DNA of 64,000 bases from an uncultured Acidobacteriota bacterium (GCA_963713825.1 CAVQNG010000025.1:96001-160000); one strand, 5' to 3'; shown: positions 37,906 through 48,620, counted from the stretch's first letter. Notes: generated from the letters alone by a model not told the origin. Made by a program: numbers and translations.

Positions 37906-38289
37906 TCAAACGGAAAACGACGACCCGCAGCCGCAACTACCCGAGGCATTGGGATTGTTGAATTTGAACCCTGCCCCGGTGCTGCCCAGAACGTAGTCGA
38001 TCTCGGTGCCCTGAAGATATCGGGCGCTGACGGCGTCGACGTAGACCTGCAAGTCATCGTAGCCGATGACGAAGTCGTTCTCTCGCGGCTCGCGCTCGAA
38101 GTCGAGGGCATACTCCATGCCGCTGCAACCGCCGCCGCGGACGGCGACCCTGAGGCCGAAAGCTGCCTCGATACCCTCCTGCTCCCGAGTGATCTTGATC
38201 ATCTGAATCGCTTTGTCGGTGAGCGTGATCGGGCGCGCGTCTGCAGGGCCGGACGATTCCTGGCTCGGGGTCTGTGTGGTGTGTTCCAT
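37906..38289 (-). CDS. A-type Fe-S cluster carrier (IscA/ErpA/HesB)
   Basis: GGGCSG, NPNA, CGCGSSF. Confidence 0.94.
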   Translation of the reverse strand: MEHTTQTPSQESSGPADARPITLTDKAIQMIKITREQEGIEAAFGLRVAVRGGGCSGMEYALDFEREPRENDFVIGYDDLQVYVDAVSARYLQGTEIDYVLGSTGAGFKFNNPNASGSCGCGSSFSV

Positions 38290-38454
38290 GGATGTTGCTC
38301 CTCTTCGATTTTCGATCTCGTCGACACCCTGTTTGACGCTATGTTGCTGCAGCGGGCGATGATTTCTGGAGTCAGGTTTGAAAACAGGGCGTTGCCGTGC
38401 AGAATTCCCGTATCGGCTCGTCGTTTCTATGTTGCAGACCCTTGTCTCGAGGCC

Positions 38455-38799
38455 TCAGTTGATCGGCATGCGACCGTCGAACCCATCGTCGTAGCCGTGG
38501 AAGTGACCGATCGAGGCCTCGGGGTAGCGCCAGCAGTAGTAACCATTGCCACAGTCCCAATCGACCAGCCACAGCCCCTTGACCAGGCAGCCAATGGAAG
38601 ACACTTCTTCGGTCCAGACCTCGATCACCTCAGAGGTGGCGGCCTCCAGCTCGTTCTGCCGCCGCTCCATCTCGTCGCGGCTCTGAATGCCGTTGTAGAG
38701 CGCCCGAATCTGATGGATGGCGCGATCCGTCAGATCCCGGATAGCGGGGAACGTATCCAGCGCCTCCTCATAAGTGAAGATCCTCTCGTCCGGTTCCAT
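38455..38799 (-). CDS. DUF2203 family protein
   Basis: FTYEEA, LVKG..LVD, YYCW, HGYDDGFDGR. Confidence 0.8.
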   Translation of the reverse strand: MEPDERIFTYEEALDTFPAIRDLTDRAIHQIRALYNGIQSRDEMERRQNELEAATSEVIEVWTEEVSSIGCLVKGLWLVDWDCGNGYYCWRYPEASIGHFHGYDDGFDGRMPIN

Positions 38800-38879
38800 G
38801 GGGGCGCAGCTTAGCAGTGTTTGGTGGTCCGGCGTCGCGGATGACAGAGCTGCGAGGGCGCGATACCATCCCCGGTGCC

Positions 38880-39458
38880 ATGCCATCCGACGCCAAAATT
38901 CAAGAGGGCCGCCCGGGCCGCCTCGAGGTCGTCACCGGCGGCATGTTCTCGGGCAAGAGCGAGGAGCTGGTGCGTCGTCTGCGCCGGGCTCTCATCGCGC
39001 GACAGACGATCCAGGTGTTCAAGCCCCGCATGGATTCCAGGCATGCACCTGAGGTTCTCGTAACGCGAGACAACCGGACCGTCGATGCCTCCACGGTGGC
39101 CGATGCGGCGGAATTGCTGCGCCGAGTCGAGCCGGACGTAGAGGTGATCGGCATCGACGAAGCCCAGTTCTTCGACATGGGGCTGGTGGGGGTGGTCAGC
39201 CAGCTGGCCGACCGCGGAATTCGGGTCATCGTGGCAGGTCTCGATCAGGACTACCAGCGCCGACCTTTCGGTCCGATGCCGCAGATCCTGGCTCTGGCTG
39301 AGTTCGTCGACAAGGTGCACGCGGTGTGCGTCTGCTGTGGCGGACTGGCGCATTACAGCCAGCGCATCGCGGGCGGTCAGGAACAGGTTCAGGTCGGCGA
39401 TACCGAGGCCTATGAAGCGCGCTGCCGCAACTGCTACGAGCCGTTCGTAGCAGAGTAG
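38880..39458 (+). CDS. tdk: Thymidine kinase
   Basis: GGMFSGKSEEL, IDEAQF, AGLD, Zn-binding Cys pairs, YEARCRNC. Confidence 0.95.
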   Translation: MPSDAKIQEGRPGRLEVVTGGMFSGKSEELVRRLRRALIARQTIQVFKPRMDSRHAPEVLVTRDNRTVDASTVADAAELLRRVEPDVEVIGIDEAQFFDMGLVGVVSQLADRGIRVIVAGLDQDYQRRPFGPMPQILALAEFVDKVHAVCVCCGGLAHYSQRIAGGQEQVQVGDTEAYEARCRNCYEPFVAE

Positions 39459-39490
39459 TTCCCCAATCGGGTAGGGGGTGTGCGAACCGC

Positions 39491-39901
39491 CTAGGACTTC
39501 GTCGGCACCAGAGGCATGGGGCGATTGTCCCTGTCCACATGCACATAGACCACTTCGGCTTGGGTCACCAGGACCCGCTCACCACCGCTGGTGCGGCGTT
39601 CGGCCTCGACCACGACTTTGACCGTGATCGAGGTCTTGCCGAGGCGAATGGCGTCGGCATACAGACTCACCAGGTCGCCAACAAAGACCGGTTCGTGAAA
39701 CTCGACTTCGCGCATCGCGACGGTGACCAGACGGCCCCTGGCGTGACGGTGTGCTTCCACGGCCCCCGCCTGATCGATGTAGGACAGGATGATGCCGCCA
39801 AAGATCGTCCCCAGGGCGTTGGTGTCCCGCGGCATCATCATGACTCGAATGGCGGGTTGGCGGGCCCCTTCCGGCCGTGTGCTGGTCTCGATTGCGGTCA
39901 T
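39491..39901 (-). CDS. Acyl-CoA thioesterase (hotdog fold)
   Basis: [15 protein letters not shown]. Confidence 0.9.
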   Translation of the reverse strand: MTAIETSTRPEGARQPAIRVMMMPRDTNALGTIFGGIILSYIDQAGAVEAHRHARGRLVTVAMREVEFHEPVFVGDLVSLYADAIRLGKTSITVKVVVEAERRTSGGERVLVTQAEVVYVHVDRDNRPMPLVPTKS

Positions 39902-40392
39902 TTTCGAGGCACCTCGTTCGCCGCTCGCAAGGCCGTTTCGACAGCTTCAGCCGGGCTCGAGGCGCAGTGGAGAAGTGGTTCTGCTTTGCCGTCGGGAGGC
40001 TCGAGGCGCCAACTGTCGAGCAGGACTACCGGGATCCCGTGTCGAATCGACAGACCTATCTCGGTCAAGGTACCCCAGCTACCTCCTATGCCGATTACTG
40101 CCTCACCCGAGAGCACCAGGACCTGGTTGCGGGCTTGTCCGATGCCAGTGAAGATGGGTAGTCCGATATAGGCATTGGGAGGGCTGTCAGCAGGTCCGGT
40201 GCCAGGCAGGATCCCCACGGTAGTGCCGCCTTCCGATTGAGCACCCTGGGCGGCGGCCTCCATGACTCCGCCCCGTCCGCCACAGAGCAGAGTTGCTCCA
40301 GCCCTGGCGATCTCTCGGCCGGTTTCCAGCGCCAGCCGGCGCTGCTCCGCTGTGCAGTTCGCACCTCCGATAACGGTCACTCGACGAGCCAT
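39898..40392 (-). CDS. LOG-family Rossmann-fold protein (TIGR00725-like)
   Basis: [24 protein letters not shown]. Confidence 0.85.
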   Translation of the reverse strand: MARRVTVIGGANCTAEQRRLALETGREIARAGATLLCGGRGGVMEAAAQGAQSEGGTTVGILPGTGPADSPPNAYIGLPIFTGIGQARNQVLVLSGEAVIGIGGSWGTLTEIGLSIRHGIPVVLLDSWRLEPPDGKAEPLLHCASSPAEAVETALRAANEVPRK

Positions 40393-40450
40393 GGGAACCT
40401 CGACTGCATGCTATCCTACCGGGGCTTTTCGACAGGCCCGACACTTCGAG

Positions 40451-41059
40451 ATGCCGTCTCCCGACACCTCTTCTGACACAGCTTCCGGCAGTCCGTCACG
40501 GACCGACGACAAGGAGCTGGTCCGTGCCATCGTGGAGCGGAAGCAGGAGGCCGTCGCGGAGCTGTACGACCGATTTTCGAGCCTGCTGATGGCGCTGGCT
40601 TATCGCGTGTTGGGCAACGCCCAGGATGCAGAGGAGATTCTGCAGGAGACGTTCCTGCAGGTGTGGAATCAGGCCGCCAGATACGACCCTTCGAGGTCCT
40701 CGGTCTCCACCTGGTTGGTGCTGATCACCCGCAGTCGGGCCATCGATCGGTTGAGAAGTAGGCAGGTTCAGCAGCGTACCGTAACCGCGGCTCAACAGGA
40801 GAAACCCACCTCGCATACATCCCCGACCGGGGTTGGCGACGTACTACTCCAAGAGAGACAGAAGCGGCTCGGCGAGGAGATGTCGCAGCTTCCCCCCGAG
40901 CAGCGTCAGGTGTTGGAGTTGGCCTTTTTCGGTGGATCTACGCAAAGCGAGATCGCCGAGCAGACCGGCATCCCGCTGGGGACTGTCAAGACTCGTACTC
41001 TGCTGGCCATGAAGAAGCTTCGAGCTGCCTTGCGGGAAGAGATTGGAGACCTGTTGTGA
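40451..41059 (+). CDS. ECF RNA polymerase sigma factor (SigK-like)
   Basis: DAEEILQETF, TQSEIA, GTVKTR. Confidence 0.92.
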   Translation: MPSPDTSSDTASGSPSRTDDKELVRAIVERKQEAVAELYDRFSSLLMALAYRVLGNAQDAEEILQETFLQVWNQAARYDPSRSSVSTWLVLITRSRAIDRLRSRQVQQRTVTAAQQEKPTSHTSPTGVGDVLLQERQKRLGEEMSQLPPEQRQVLELAFFGGSTQSEIAEQTGIPLGTVKTRTLLAMKKLRAALREEIGDLL

Positions 41060-41913
41060 GTCAGGACCAGAAGGCTACCGTGACTCCGGAAGATCGACTG
41101 GCGGTCGATCTTCTGGATCGCCTGAATCAGTGTGTCGTGCCAGCGTCGGACGCCTCGGAGGACGCTGGGGCAGTGGCTCTGCGGAGCTCTCTCGAAGTCA
41201 TCGGCCTGTTGCCGTACGAGCTCGATCCGATGGCACCTTCGCCGTCTGCCAAAGAGCGGCTCATGGCGAGCCTGAGCGGTGAGGGCACGAGTCGGCATGC
41301 GGTGGAGGAGGGTCAGTTCGCTGCGCCTGCAGCGCCGACAGGTGTCGGCGATTGGACTCGGTGGGCTCTGCCGCTGGCAGCCGGGCTTGTCCTGGCGTTG
41401 CTGGGTCTTTCTGGGTGGCAGCGCCTCCATATGGAGCGCCAGCGAGGGGAGATTGCACAGCTTTCGGGTCATCTGAGAGAAGTGAATCTCGAATCCGGGG
41501 AGCTGGCGCGCTATCGACAGGAGCTCGCAGAGGCTCAGGCAAAGCTCTCTGTCTTGGCCGCGTCTGGAGTGGAAGTCTGTAGCCTCCATCCCATGGAAGA
41601 CCGTCTGGCAGCCGCCCCACCGACGGTGACTCTGTTCGTGGCTCCCGATCACCAGCATTGGTACCTGCGTGTCGATGGGCTCGAGCCGAGCCCAAAGGAT
41701 CGGGCCTACCAACTTTGGTTCATCACTGACGAGGGCTCCCAGGTCAGCGCTGGGACGTTCGATTCGAGACTGGGGTCCCGAACCGAGCTCACATCCGCGA
41801 CCATGCCTGGCGGCACCGTTGCCGTCAGTGTCACCGTGGAGCCCCTCGGAGGCTCCCCCGAACCCTCGGGCCCGCCCCTGCTCTACGGCGACGAAGTGAT
41901 GCGGATTCTCTAG
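41056..41913 (+). CDS. Anti-sigma factor (RskA-like)
   Basis: Central TM, YQLW, SAG.F, VTVEP.GGSP.PSG. Confidence 0.88.
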   Translation: MSQDQKATVTPEDRLAVDLLDRLNQCVVPASDASEDAGAVALRSSLEVIGLLPYELDPMAPSPSAKERLMASLSGEGTSRHAVEEGQFAAPAAPTGVGDWTRWALPLAAGLVLALLGLSGWQRLHMERQRGEIAQLSGHLREVNLESGELARYRQELAEAQAKLSVLAASGVEVCSLHPMEDRLAAAPPTVTLFVAPDHQHWYLRVDGLEPSPKDRAYQLWFITDEGSQVSAGTFDSRLGSRTELTSATMPGGTVAVSVTVEPLGGSPEPSGPPLLYGDEVMRIL

Positions 41914-41926
41914 CCCCGCAGGAATA

Positions 41927-42310
41927 CAGGGTTGAGGCAGCCGATCGGACCAGGGATCTCCCTCGTCTGCGGCCTCACCCGACCATGCCCCTCCGACGAG
42001 GGAGACCCATGGCCCGATCTACCACCGTCGAGACATATCAAGAATCGGTCTGCTGACTCTCCCCTTACGCCCCAAGCCCCTACACCCCTAGACCTCTCCG
42101 ATGCCAAAGGTTCGTTCGGGTGGTTCGACAGGGGGCGCCGAGTCGAGCGCGGCGCAAGGACCTTGATAGAGCACAGGAGACGGGGCGCGATGACGAGACG
42201 AGGCGGCGGCCAGTCCGTCATAGTCTGAGTAGCCGACGCCGTCCCCCGGCGGACCACCCGAAGGAACCTCCAACAGAAGAGGGTCAGCTGCCGGGGGCCC
42301 AGGCCCCGGG
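41927..42310. repeat. Composite modular intergenic repeat, copy B (hairpin L, ladder, cassette M, tail)
   Basis: 41941-42030 matches 56392-56481 at 87/90. 42117-42162 matches 9161-9206. Imperfect IRs at 42108-42127 and 42250-42269. Confidence 0.88.
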
Positions 42311-42317
42311 CCTGTCG

Positions 42318-43043
42318 CTACCGCTTTGGCGGGTTGCTGGGGCGAATCTCTACCAGGCTGGGAAGCGAACGGCTCCCGTGGTGCAGGAGGTCGAGCACGG
42401 TGCGGGCGACATCCTCGGGTGCCAGCTTCCAATCATCTCTGGCTCCTGGCTTCGGGTGACTGAACTCGGTTTGCACGCTGCCTGGCAGGATGGCCGCGAC
42501 GCGGATTCCGAACGGTCGGAGATCCAGCATGCTGGCTTCGGACAGGCCGACCAGGCCGAACTTGCTGGCGTTGTAGGCCGCGCCTCCGGCGAAGGGATTC
42601 TTGCCGGCGAGTGAGGCGATGTTGATGATCCAGCCACTGCCTTGGCTCTTCATCCAGGGTGTCACGGCTCGCGTCGCATAGAAGGAGCCATTGAGGTTGG
42701 TGCGAATCAGCTGCCTCCAGGCCTCCCCTGAGATCTCGTCCACCGGACCGAAATGGCCGATGCCAGCGTTGTTGACGAGGCAATCGATTCGCCCTGCCTG
42801 GCTCCCTACCCAGGCGACCAGATCATCGACTTCCCTTTGCTGACCCACGTCGCAGGCCCTGCCCTTGATGGTCTCAGGAAAGGTCTCGGCAAGCTCCCTG
42901 GAGGCGCTCTCCGCGCTGTCGGCAGTCTGTGAGCAGAAGAAGACCTGCCAACCCTCCTGGGCGAGGCCTTCGACGATGGCTCGACCGATGCCACGGCTGC
43001 CACCGGTGACGAGGGCTACGGGCTTCGACGTGTCGGCTTGCAT
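42318..43043 (-). CDS. Short-chain dehydrogenase/reductase
   Basis: TGGSRGIG, NNAG, YNASK. Confidence 0.94.
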   Translation of the reverse strand: MQADTSKPVALVTGGSRGIGRAIVEGLAQEGWQVFFCSQTADSAESASRELAETFPETIKGRACDVGQQREVDDLVAWVGSQAGRIDCLVNNAGIGHFGPVDEISGEAWRQLIRTNLNGSFYATRAVTPWMKSQGSGWIINIASLAGKNPFAGGAAYNASKFGLVGLSEASMLDLRPFGIRVAAILPGSVQTEFSHPKPGARDDWKLAPEDVARTVLDLLHHGSRSLPSLVEIRPSNPPKR

Positions 43044-43147
43044 GGGTCAGACCTCCTGATGGGGGATTGTGGCACAAGGTATGTCGTCGGATCTGGAATA
43101 ATGTCCCGCGACGAGCGGTTAGGGCAGCTGAGAAGGAGGAATGAACC

Positions 43148-43840
43148 GTGGTATTCGACCCCCTGTATTTCGTATTCCTGGCGCCGGCCCTGCTTTTGTC
43201 GTTGTGGGCCAGTTTCAAGACCAAATCCGCCTTCAACAAGTACTCGAAGGTGAGGACCATGAATGGCATGACCGGCGCTGACGCGGCCAAGGTCATGTTG
43301 GATCGGGCTGGGATCCACGACGTGGAGATCACGCGGGTTCCGGGCAAGCTGACGGACCACTACAATCCGATGAACAAGACCCTGGCCCTGTCGATGGCGG
43401 TCCATGGCACTCCTTCGATCGCCGCCGTTGGTGTGGCTTGTCACGAAGCGGGACACGCCATTCAGCACGCCCAGGCATACAAACCAATGTGGCTACGGTC
43501 GATTCTGGTCAAGCCGGCCAAGTTCGGCTCGATGCTCGGTTTTTACGGCATGATGATCGGCCTGATGATGTCGTCGATGCAGCTCTTCATGGTGGGCGTG
43601 ATTCTCTTCTCTGGCCTGTTGGCTTTCCAGTTGGTGACGCTACCAGTTGAGTTCGATGCTTCGAACCGGGCCAAGAAGCTCGCCGTGGAGTACGGCATCG
43701 TCTCCGCTCAGGAGCGATCGGGAATGGACAAGGTTCTGAATGCGGCCGCCCTGACCTACGTGGCTGCCGCTGCTGCGAGCATCATGCAGTTGTTGTATTT
43801 CCTGATGCGGGCCGGAATGCTGGGTGGCAGTCGCGACTAG
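43148..43840 (+). CDS. Zinc metallopeptidase, YugP-like membrane family
   Basis: LTDHYNP, HEAGHAIQ, TLPVEFDAS, AALTYV. Confidence 0.92.
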   Translation: MVFDPLYFVFLAPALLLSLWASFKTKSAFNKYSKVRTMNGMTGADAAKVMLDRAGIHDVEITRVPGKLTDHYNPMNKTLALSMAVHGTPSIAAVGVACHEAGHAIQHAQAYKPMWLRSILVKPAKFGSMLGFYGMMIGLMMSSMQLFMVGVILFSGLLAFQLVTLPVEFDASNRAKKLAVEYGIVSAQERSGMDKVLNAAALTYVAAAAASIMQLLYFLMRAGMLGGSRD

Positions 43841-45192
43841 TCGGCAGGTGTCCCGAGCAAGCCGAAGAGCTCTTCCCGCCGCCGAGCCAGCTCTTGCTCG
43901 GTGGTTGCTTCCATGACCAGCCTCAGGTAGGGCTCGGTGTTCGAAGGCCGGACGTTGAACCACCAATCGTCATACTGCACGGTGATCCCGTCCAGATAGT
44001 CGATCTGGCCATCGGCGAACCGCTCGGCGAGCTCCTGGATCGTTCCTTGCTTGTCTTCCACGACGAAGTTGATCTCGGGAGTCTTGGCATACCGGGCGAT
44101 CGGAGCCACCAGCTGGGAGAGGCTGCTGCCCTCTTTGCGCAGGAGATTGATGATCTCGACGACTGCCAGCAGCGCGCAGTCCGCGTAGTAGTTGTCTCGA
44201 AAATAATAGTGCCCAGCCAGCTCGCCACCGAAGATCCCATCCTTTTGCCGCAAGGTGGCCTTCATGAAGGAGTGCCCCACCCGTTCTCGCACGGGTATGC
44301 CGCCGCGCTCGCGAATGTACTCGCTGACGGCCCGCGACGAGCGCAGGTCGTAGAGCACGGGTTGTCCAGGGTCTCGCGCCAGCAGCTCACCGGCGATGAG
44401 GGCCGTTGAGAGGTCACTTCCAACGGGTTCTCCGGTCTCGTCGACAAAGGCTGCCCGATCGGCGTCGCCGTCGAAGCAGACCCCGAGATCGGCACCGGTT
44501 TCGCGCACTCGATCCGAAAGGTCTCGCAGGTTCTCCAGCTTCAAGGGATTGGCTTCGTGGTTTGGAAAGCTGCCGTCCAACTCGAAATAGAGGGGGTCGA
44601 GGTCCAGGTTCATGCGCTCCAGCAGAGGCCGATAGATCGATCCCATGCCGTTGGCGGCGTCGACGACGACCTTGAGTCGCCGTTCTGCGCCTGGATTCAG
44701 GAACGCGAGCACGTGCTCCCCGTAGCTATTGAAGACATCCCCGTGACTGCGGCTTCCCCGGTGATCGGCGGGGGGCAGCTCCTGGGTTTCGACTCTCGCC
44801 TCCAATAGGGGAATCCCGTGGTCTCCCGAAACCGGTCGCGCCTCACTGTGACTGAACTTGAGACCGTTGTACTCGGCCGGATTGTGGCTGGCGGTGACCT
44901 GGATGCCGCCGGCAGCTCTCAGGTGACCGACCGCAAAGTAGTTCATCGGTGTCGTCGCGAGGCCGATGTCGATGACGTCGAGGCCGCCGCTCAGCAGACC
45001 ATCGACCAGTGCCTCGCACAGTGGCTCGCTGTGGACGCGCATGTCGCGGCTCACCACGACGCTATTGCCGTGGGCTCGGTCCTCGTCGTCCAGCAGGAAC
45101 CGAAAAGCGAGCCCCACATCGCGGGCGACCTGCTCGTTCAGCTGTGACGGATACAGGCCCCGGACATCGTATGCTTTGAAGATTCCACCCAT
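43837..45192 (-). CDS. Phosphomannomutase/phosphoglucomutase
   Basis: FKAYDVRG, TASHNP, DGDADR, RPSNTEP. Confidence 0.95.
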   Translation of the reverse strand: MGGIFKAYDVRGLYPSQLNEQVARDVGLAFRFLLDDEDRAHGNSVVVSRDMRVHSEPLCEALVDGLLSGGLDVIDIGLATTPMNYFAVGHLRAAGGIQVTASHNPAEYNGLKFSHSEARPVSGDHGIPLLEARVETQELPPADHRGSRSHGDVFNSYGEHVLAFLNPGAERRLKVVVDAANGMGSIYRPLLERMNLDLDPLYFELDGSFPNHEANPLKLENLRDLSDRVRETGADLGVCFDGDADRAAFVDETGEPVGSDLSTALIAGELLARDPGQPVLYDLRSSRAVSEYIRERGGIPVRERVGHSFMKATLRQKDGIFGGELAGHYYFRDNYYADCALLAVVEIINLLRKEGSSLSQLVAPIARYAKTPEINFVVEDKQGTIQELAERFADGQIDYLDGITVQYDDWWFNVRPSNTEPYLRLVMEATTEQELARRREELFGLLGTPAD

Positions 45193-45212
45193 TCTCGAGG
45201 GTTCCCTTCTAC

Positions 45213-48200
45213 TCAGTTTGTAGTTCGATGGATGGCGAAGCTGAACTCCATCTCTTCCACCGGCTTGGGCTTCAGGTCGGTGGTGTCCTCGCTTGTTGCG
45301 CTCAGCTCCAACGCGAGGGTCTCGCGGCAGATCCACTCTCGGAACCGGTCGATGGCGGCTGCCAGCACCGTATCGGCCCGGTATGTCACATCGATGCGGT
45401 CGGAGTAGTCGAGGTCCGCCTCTTTGCGGGCTGTCTGAATCCGGTGAATGACCTCACGGGCCCATCCTTCGGCAATGAGGTCTTCCGAGAGGTGGATGTC
45501 CAGGACGACGAGTAGCTCGCGGTCTCCCTGCGATGCGGTCTCCTCCTGTTCCACCATCCGGATCTCGACCTCTTCTGTGGAGAGCTCGACCGTCTCGCCG
45601 TCGAGCTCGACGGTGACGCGCCCGATGTCCTCGATTGCCGCGGCCAGCTGATCGCCGTTCGCCGCCTCCAACGCCTTCTTCAGAGCCGACATCTGCTTGC
45701 CGAATCGCGGCCCGCAGAGCGGGTAGTTGGGGCGCACTTCGTGATGCACATAGGACGATCGATCGCTGGCCCACAGCACCTCGCGGACATTGAGCTCCTC
45801 GCACAGGACATGCAAGTGCGGCTCGACCAGTTCGGGTAGGTGGCCCTCGGTTGTCACCAGGGTGACCGACGCCAGGGGTTGTCTGGTCTTCAGGCTGTGC
45901 GAGTTGCGTGCCGCGTGCCCGAGGCGGACGATTCTCTGCACCGCGGCCATGCCGGCCTCCAGCTTGTTGTCGGCTCGTTGTGTCACCGGCTTTGGCCACG
46001 CTTCGAGATGGACACTCTCGATGCCGTACCCGGGCTGGGTGCGGAGCAGGTGCCGATGAATCACCTCGGCGATGAAGGGCGTAAAGGGTGCGATCACTCT
46101 GGCGAGAACGCAGAGCACCTCGTAGAGAGTCTGGTAGGCGCTCTCTTTAGTCTCTCCACCTTCGGCCGCAGGAGCCCAGAAGCGGTCCCGGCTCCGACGG
46201 ATGTACCAGTTGGTCAGATCGTCGACGAAGTCTTCGATGAGGCGGGCCGAGTCGAGGACCCGGTAGGCCTCCAGGTTCCGAGTCGTGTCTTCAACGAGGC
46301 GATCGAGCCTGAGAAGGATCCAGCGATCCAGTGCGGGTCGGCGCTCGAAAGGCACAGGCCCGGCGCCTGGAGTCCATTCGTCCAGATTGGCGTAGATCGT
46401 GAAGAATGAGAGAGCGTTCCACAGAGGCAGCAGGAAGTTCTGTGCCGCCTCGCGGACCAGCCGGGCCGAAAATCGGGAGTTGATCTCCGGATTGTTGATG
46501 CAGAAGTACCAGCGAAGAGCGTCGGCCCCGGTCTCTGGGATGACTTCCATGGGGTCGGTCACATTGCCCAATCGCTTCGACATCTTACGGCCCTGCTCGT
46601 CGTTGATGTGTCCCAGGACGATGCATGTCCGGTAGGCCACCGAGTCGAAGAGCAGCGCCGCCAGTACGTGCAGGGTGTAGAACCAGCCTCGAGTCTGATC
46701 GACGGCTTCGGCGATGAAGTCGGCAGGGAACTGAATGTGGTCGTCGACTAGTTCGGCGTTCTCGAACGGGTAATGGTGCTGGGCGAAGGGCATGGAGCCC
46801 GAGTCGAACCAGGCATCGATGACCTCCTCGACACGTCCCATGTTTCCTTGTCCGCACTCGCCACAGGTCCAGACGAAAGCCTCCGCGGCATCCCGGTCCA
46901 CGAATGGGCGATGCGGGTCGAACTGCTGGCGGTCGTACACATCCTGGGGCAGTGGCCTACCAGCGGCAGCGTAGAGCTCGGCGAAAGAGCCCACGACCTG
47001 TTGATGGGAACAGGCATCGCATCCCCACACCGGAAGCGGCGTGCCCCAGTAGCGCTTACGGGACAGCGCCCAGTCGACCATGTTCTCCAGCCATTTTCCG
47101 AAGCGTCCATCCCTGACGTGCTCCGGGTGCCAATCGATCTCCTGATTCAGGCTCAGTAGATCGTCCTTGCGTGAGGTGGTTTTGACGAACCAGCTCTTGC
47201 TAGCGAGATAGAGCAGGGGCTGGTCACAACGCCAGCAGAAAGGGTAACTGTGCCGATACTGGTCCTGGTGCAGCAGGCGGCCCCGGTGCTTGAGATCGCG
47301 TGTGATGGACTTGTCGGCGTCTTTGACCCAGATGCCGGCGAAGGCCTCGGTACCCTGGCGTTCGACAATCTTGCCTTCCATATCCACGGTCAGGAAGAAG
47401 GGGAGACCAAACTTCACTCCGCTCTGGTAGTCGTCCTCACCGAAAGCGGGAGCCGTGTGCACCAACCCGGTGCCTTCACTTGCTGTTACGTAGTCCGCCG
47501 TGAAGACCCGCCAGCCATCGCCGTCGGAAGGTGGCGGCTCGAATGGGGAGTCGTCTGGCACCCGGTCTGCGGGCTCAGTAGCGAAGGGCCTGTCGTAGCG
47601 CAACCCCTTCAGATCGGCGCCGAGGATCCGGGCCTGTGGCTCGAGCTCACGCAGATCGGTGCGTACCCGCTTGTCGTCGTCCAGGGTCTCCAGTGGCACC
47701 GGCGTCTCCAGGCCCTCAGCAAAGAGGAGCGTCTCGCCAGGCCTCCCTGGATGCTCGACTACCTGATAGACCAGGTCCGGACTCACTGCCAGGCCAGAAT
47801 GGCCCAGCAGAGTCCATGGTGTCGTCGTCCATGCCACGAGGCTGAGCCGCTCGGGAACCTGCCACTCGTTTCCCTCCACGGTGGAGACCGCCTGACCTTC
47901 CCGTGCCGGAAATAGGACCCAGATCGACGGGTCATCGGTGTCCTTGTAGTTCTGCGCCACCTCGTGGCTCGACAGGGTGGTGCCGCATCGACAGCAGTAG
48001 GGCTGGATCTTGTAGTCCTCCTTCAGAAGACCCTTGTCCCAGAGTTGTCGCAGGGCCCACCAGACCGACTCGATGTATCGATTCGAGTAGGTGAAGTAGG
48101 CACTGTCGAGGTCGATCCAGAAGCCGATGCGCTCGGTCATCTCCCGCCACTGCTGTTCGTAGGAGTGGACGCTGTCCAGGCAGGCCTGATTGAACGCGAC

Positions 48201-48551
48201 GACGCCGTACTTCTCGATGTCTTCCTTGCCTGAAAAGCCCAGGTGCTTCTCGACCTCGATCTCGACGGCCAGCCCATGGGTGTCCCAGCCCGCCTTGCGG
48301 GCCACATGACGTCCCTGCATGGTCCTGAATCGTGGGAACAGGTCCTTGACGACCCGAGTCACGACATGGCCTACGTGGGGCTTGTTGTTGGCGGTGGGAG
48401 GACCCTCGAAGAAGACGAAGTCCTCACCGTCACGGGTCTTTTCCAGGGTCTTTTCGAAGATCCGGTTCTGCCGCCACTCGAGAAGGACCCCTTGTTCGAG
48501 TGCGGGAAAGGGATAGCCTGAGGGTAGATGGGGGAAGCGTCGGTGGTTCAT
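45213..48551 (-). CDS. ileS: Isoleucine--tRNA ligase (type 2-like)
   Basis: GPPTAN..HVGH, GWDTHGL, WTTTPWT, GTGLVH, DQTRGWF, KMSKR. Confidence 0.96.
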   Translation of the reverse strand: MNHRRFPHLPSGYPFPALEQGVLLEWRQNRIFEKTLEKTRDGEDFVFFEGPPTANNKPHVGHVVTRVVKDLFPRFRTMQGRHVARKAGWDTHGLAVEIEVEKHLGFSGKEDIEKYGVVAFNQACLDSVHSYEQQWREMTERIGFWIDLDSAYFTYSNRYIESVWWALRQLWDKGLLKEDYKIQPYCCRCGTTLSSHEVAQNYKDTDDPSIWVLFPAREGQAVSTVEGNEWQVPERLSLVAWTTTPWTLLGHSGLAVSPDLVYQVVEHPGRPGETLLFAEGLETPVPLETLDDDKRVRTDLRELEPQARILGADLKGLRYDRPFATEPADRVPDDSPFEPPPSDGDGWRVFTADYVTASEGTGLVHTAPAFGEDDYQSGVKFGLPFFLTVDMEGKIVERQGTEAFAGIWVKDADKSITRDLKHRGRLLHQDQYRHSYPFCWRCDQPLLYLASKSWFVKTTSRKDDLLSLNQEIDWHPEHVRDGRFGKWLENMVDWALSRKRYWGTPLPVWGCDACSHQQVVGSFAELYAAAGRPLPQDVYDRQQFDPHRPFVDRDAAEAFVWTCGECGQGNMGRVEEVIDAWFDSGSMPFAQHHYPFENAELVDDHIQFPADFIAEAVDQTRGWFYTLHVLAALLFDSVAYRTCIVLGHINDEQGRKMSKRLGNVTDPMEVIPETGADALRWYFCINNPEINSRFSARLVREAAQNFLLPLWNALSFFTIYANLDEWTPGAGPVPFERRPALDRWILLRLDRLVEDTTRNLEAYRVLDSARLIEDFVDDLTNWYIRRSRDRFWAPAAEGGETKESAYQTLYEVLCVLARVIAPFTPFIAEVIHRHLLRTQPGYGIESVHLEAWPKPVTQRADNKLEAGMAAVQRIVRLGHAARNSHSLKTRQPLASVTLVTTEGHLPELVEPHLHVLCEELNVREVLWASDRSSYVHHEVRPNYPLCGPRFGKQMSALKKALEAANGDQLAAAIEDIGRVTVELDGETVELSTEEVEIRMVEQEETASQGDRELLVVLDIHLSEDLIAEGWAREVIHRIQTARKEADLDYSDRIDVTYRADTVLAAAIDRFREWICRETLALELSATSEDTTDLKPKPVEEMEFSFAIHRTTN

Positions 48552-48620
48552 GGAGTTCTCGCTTACATCGCAGTTGCGGCGCACATTCTAACCTGCCCAT
48601 CCCGCGCAATGGGTGGCAAC

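Noticed and set aside
48552-48620. T-box or other leader upstream of ileS
   Set aside because: Only about 70 nt intergenic and no T-box consensus.
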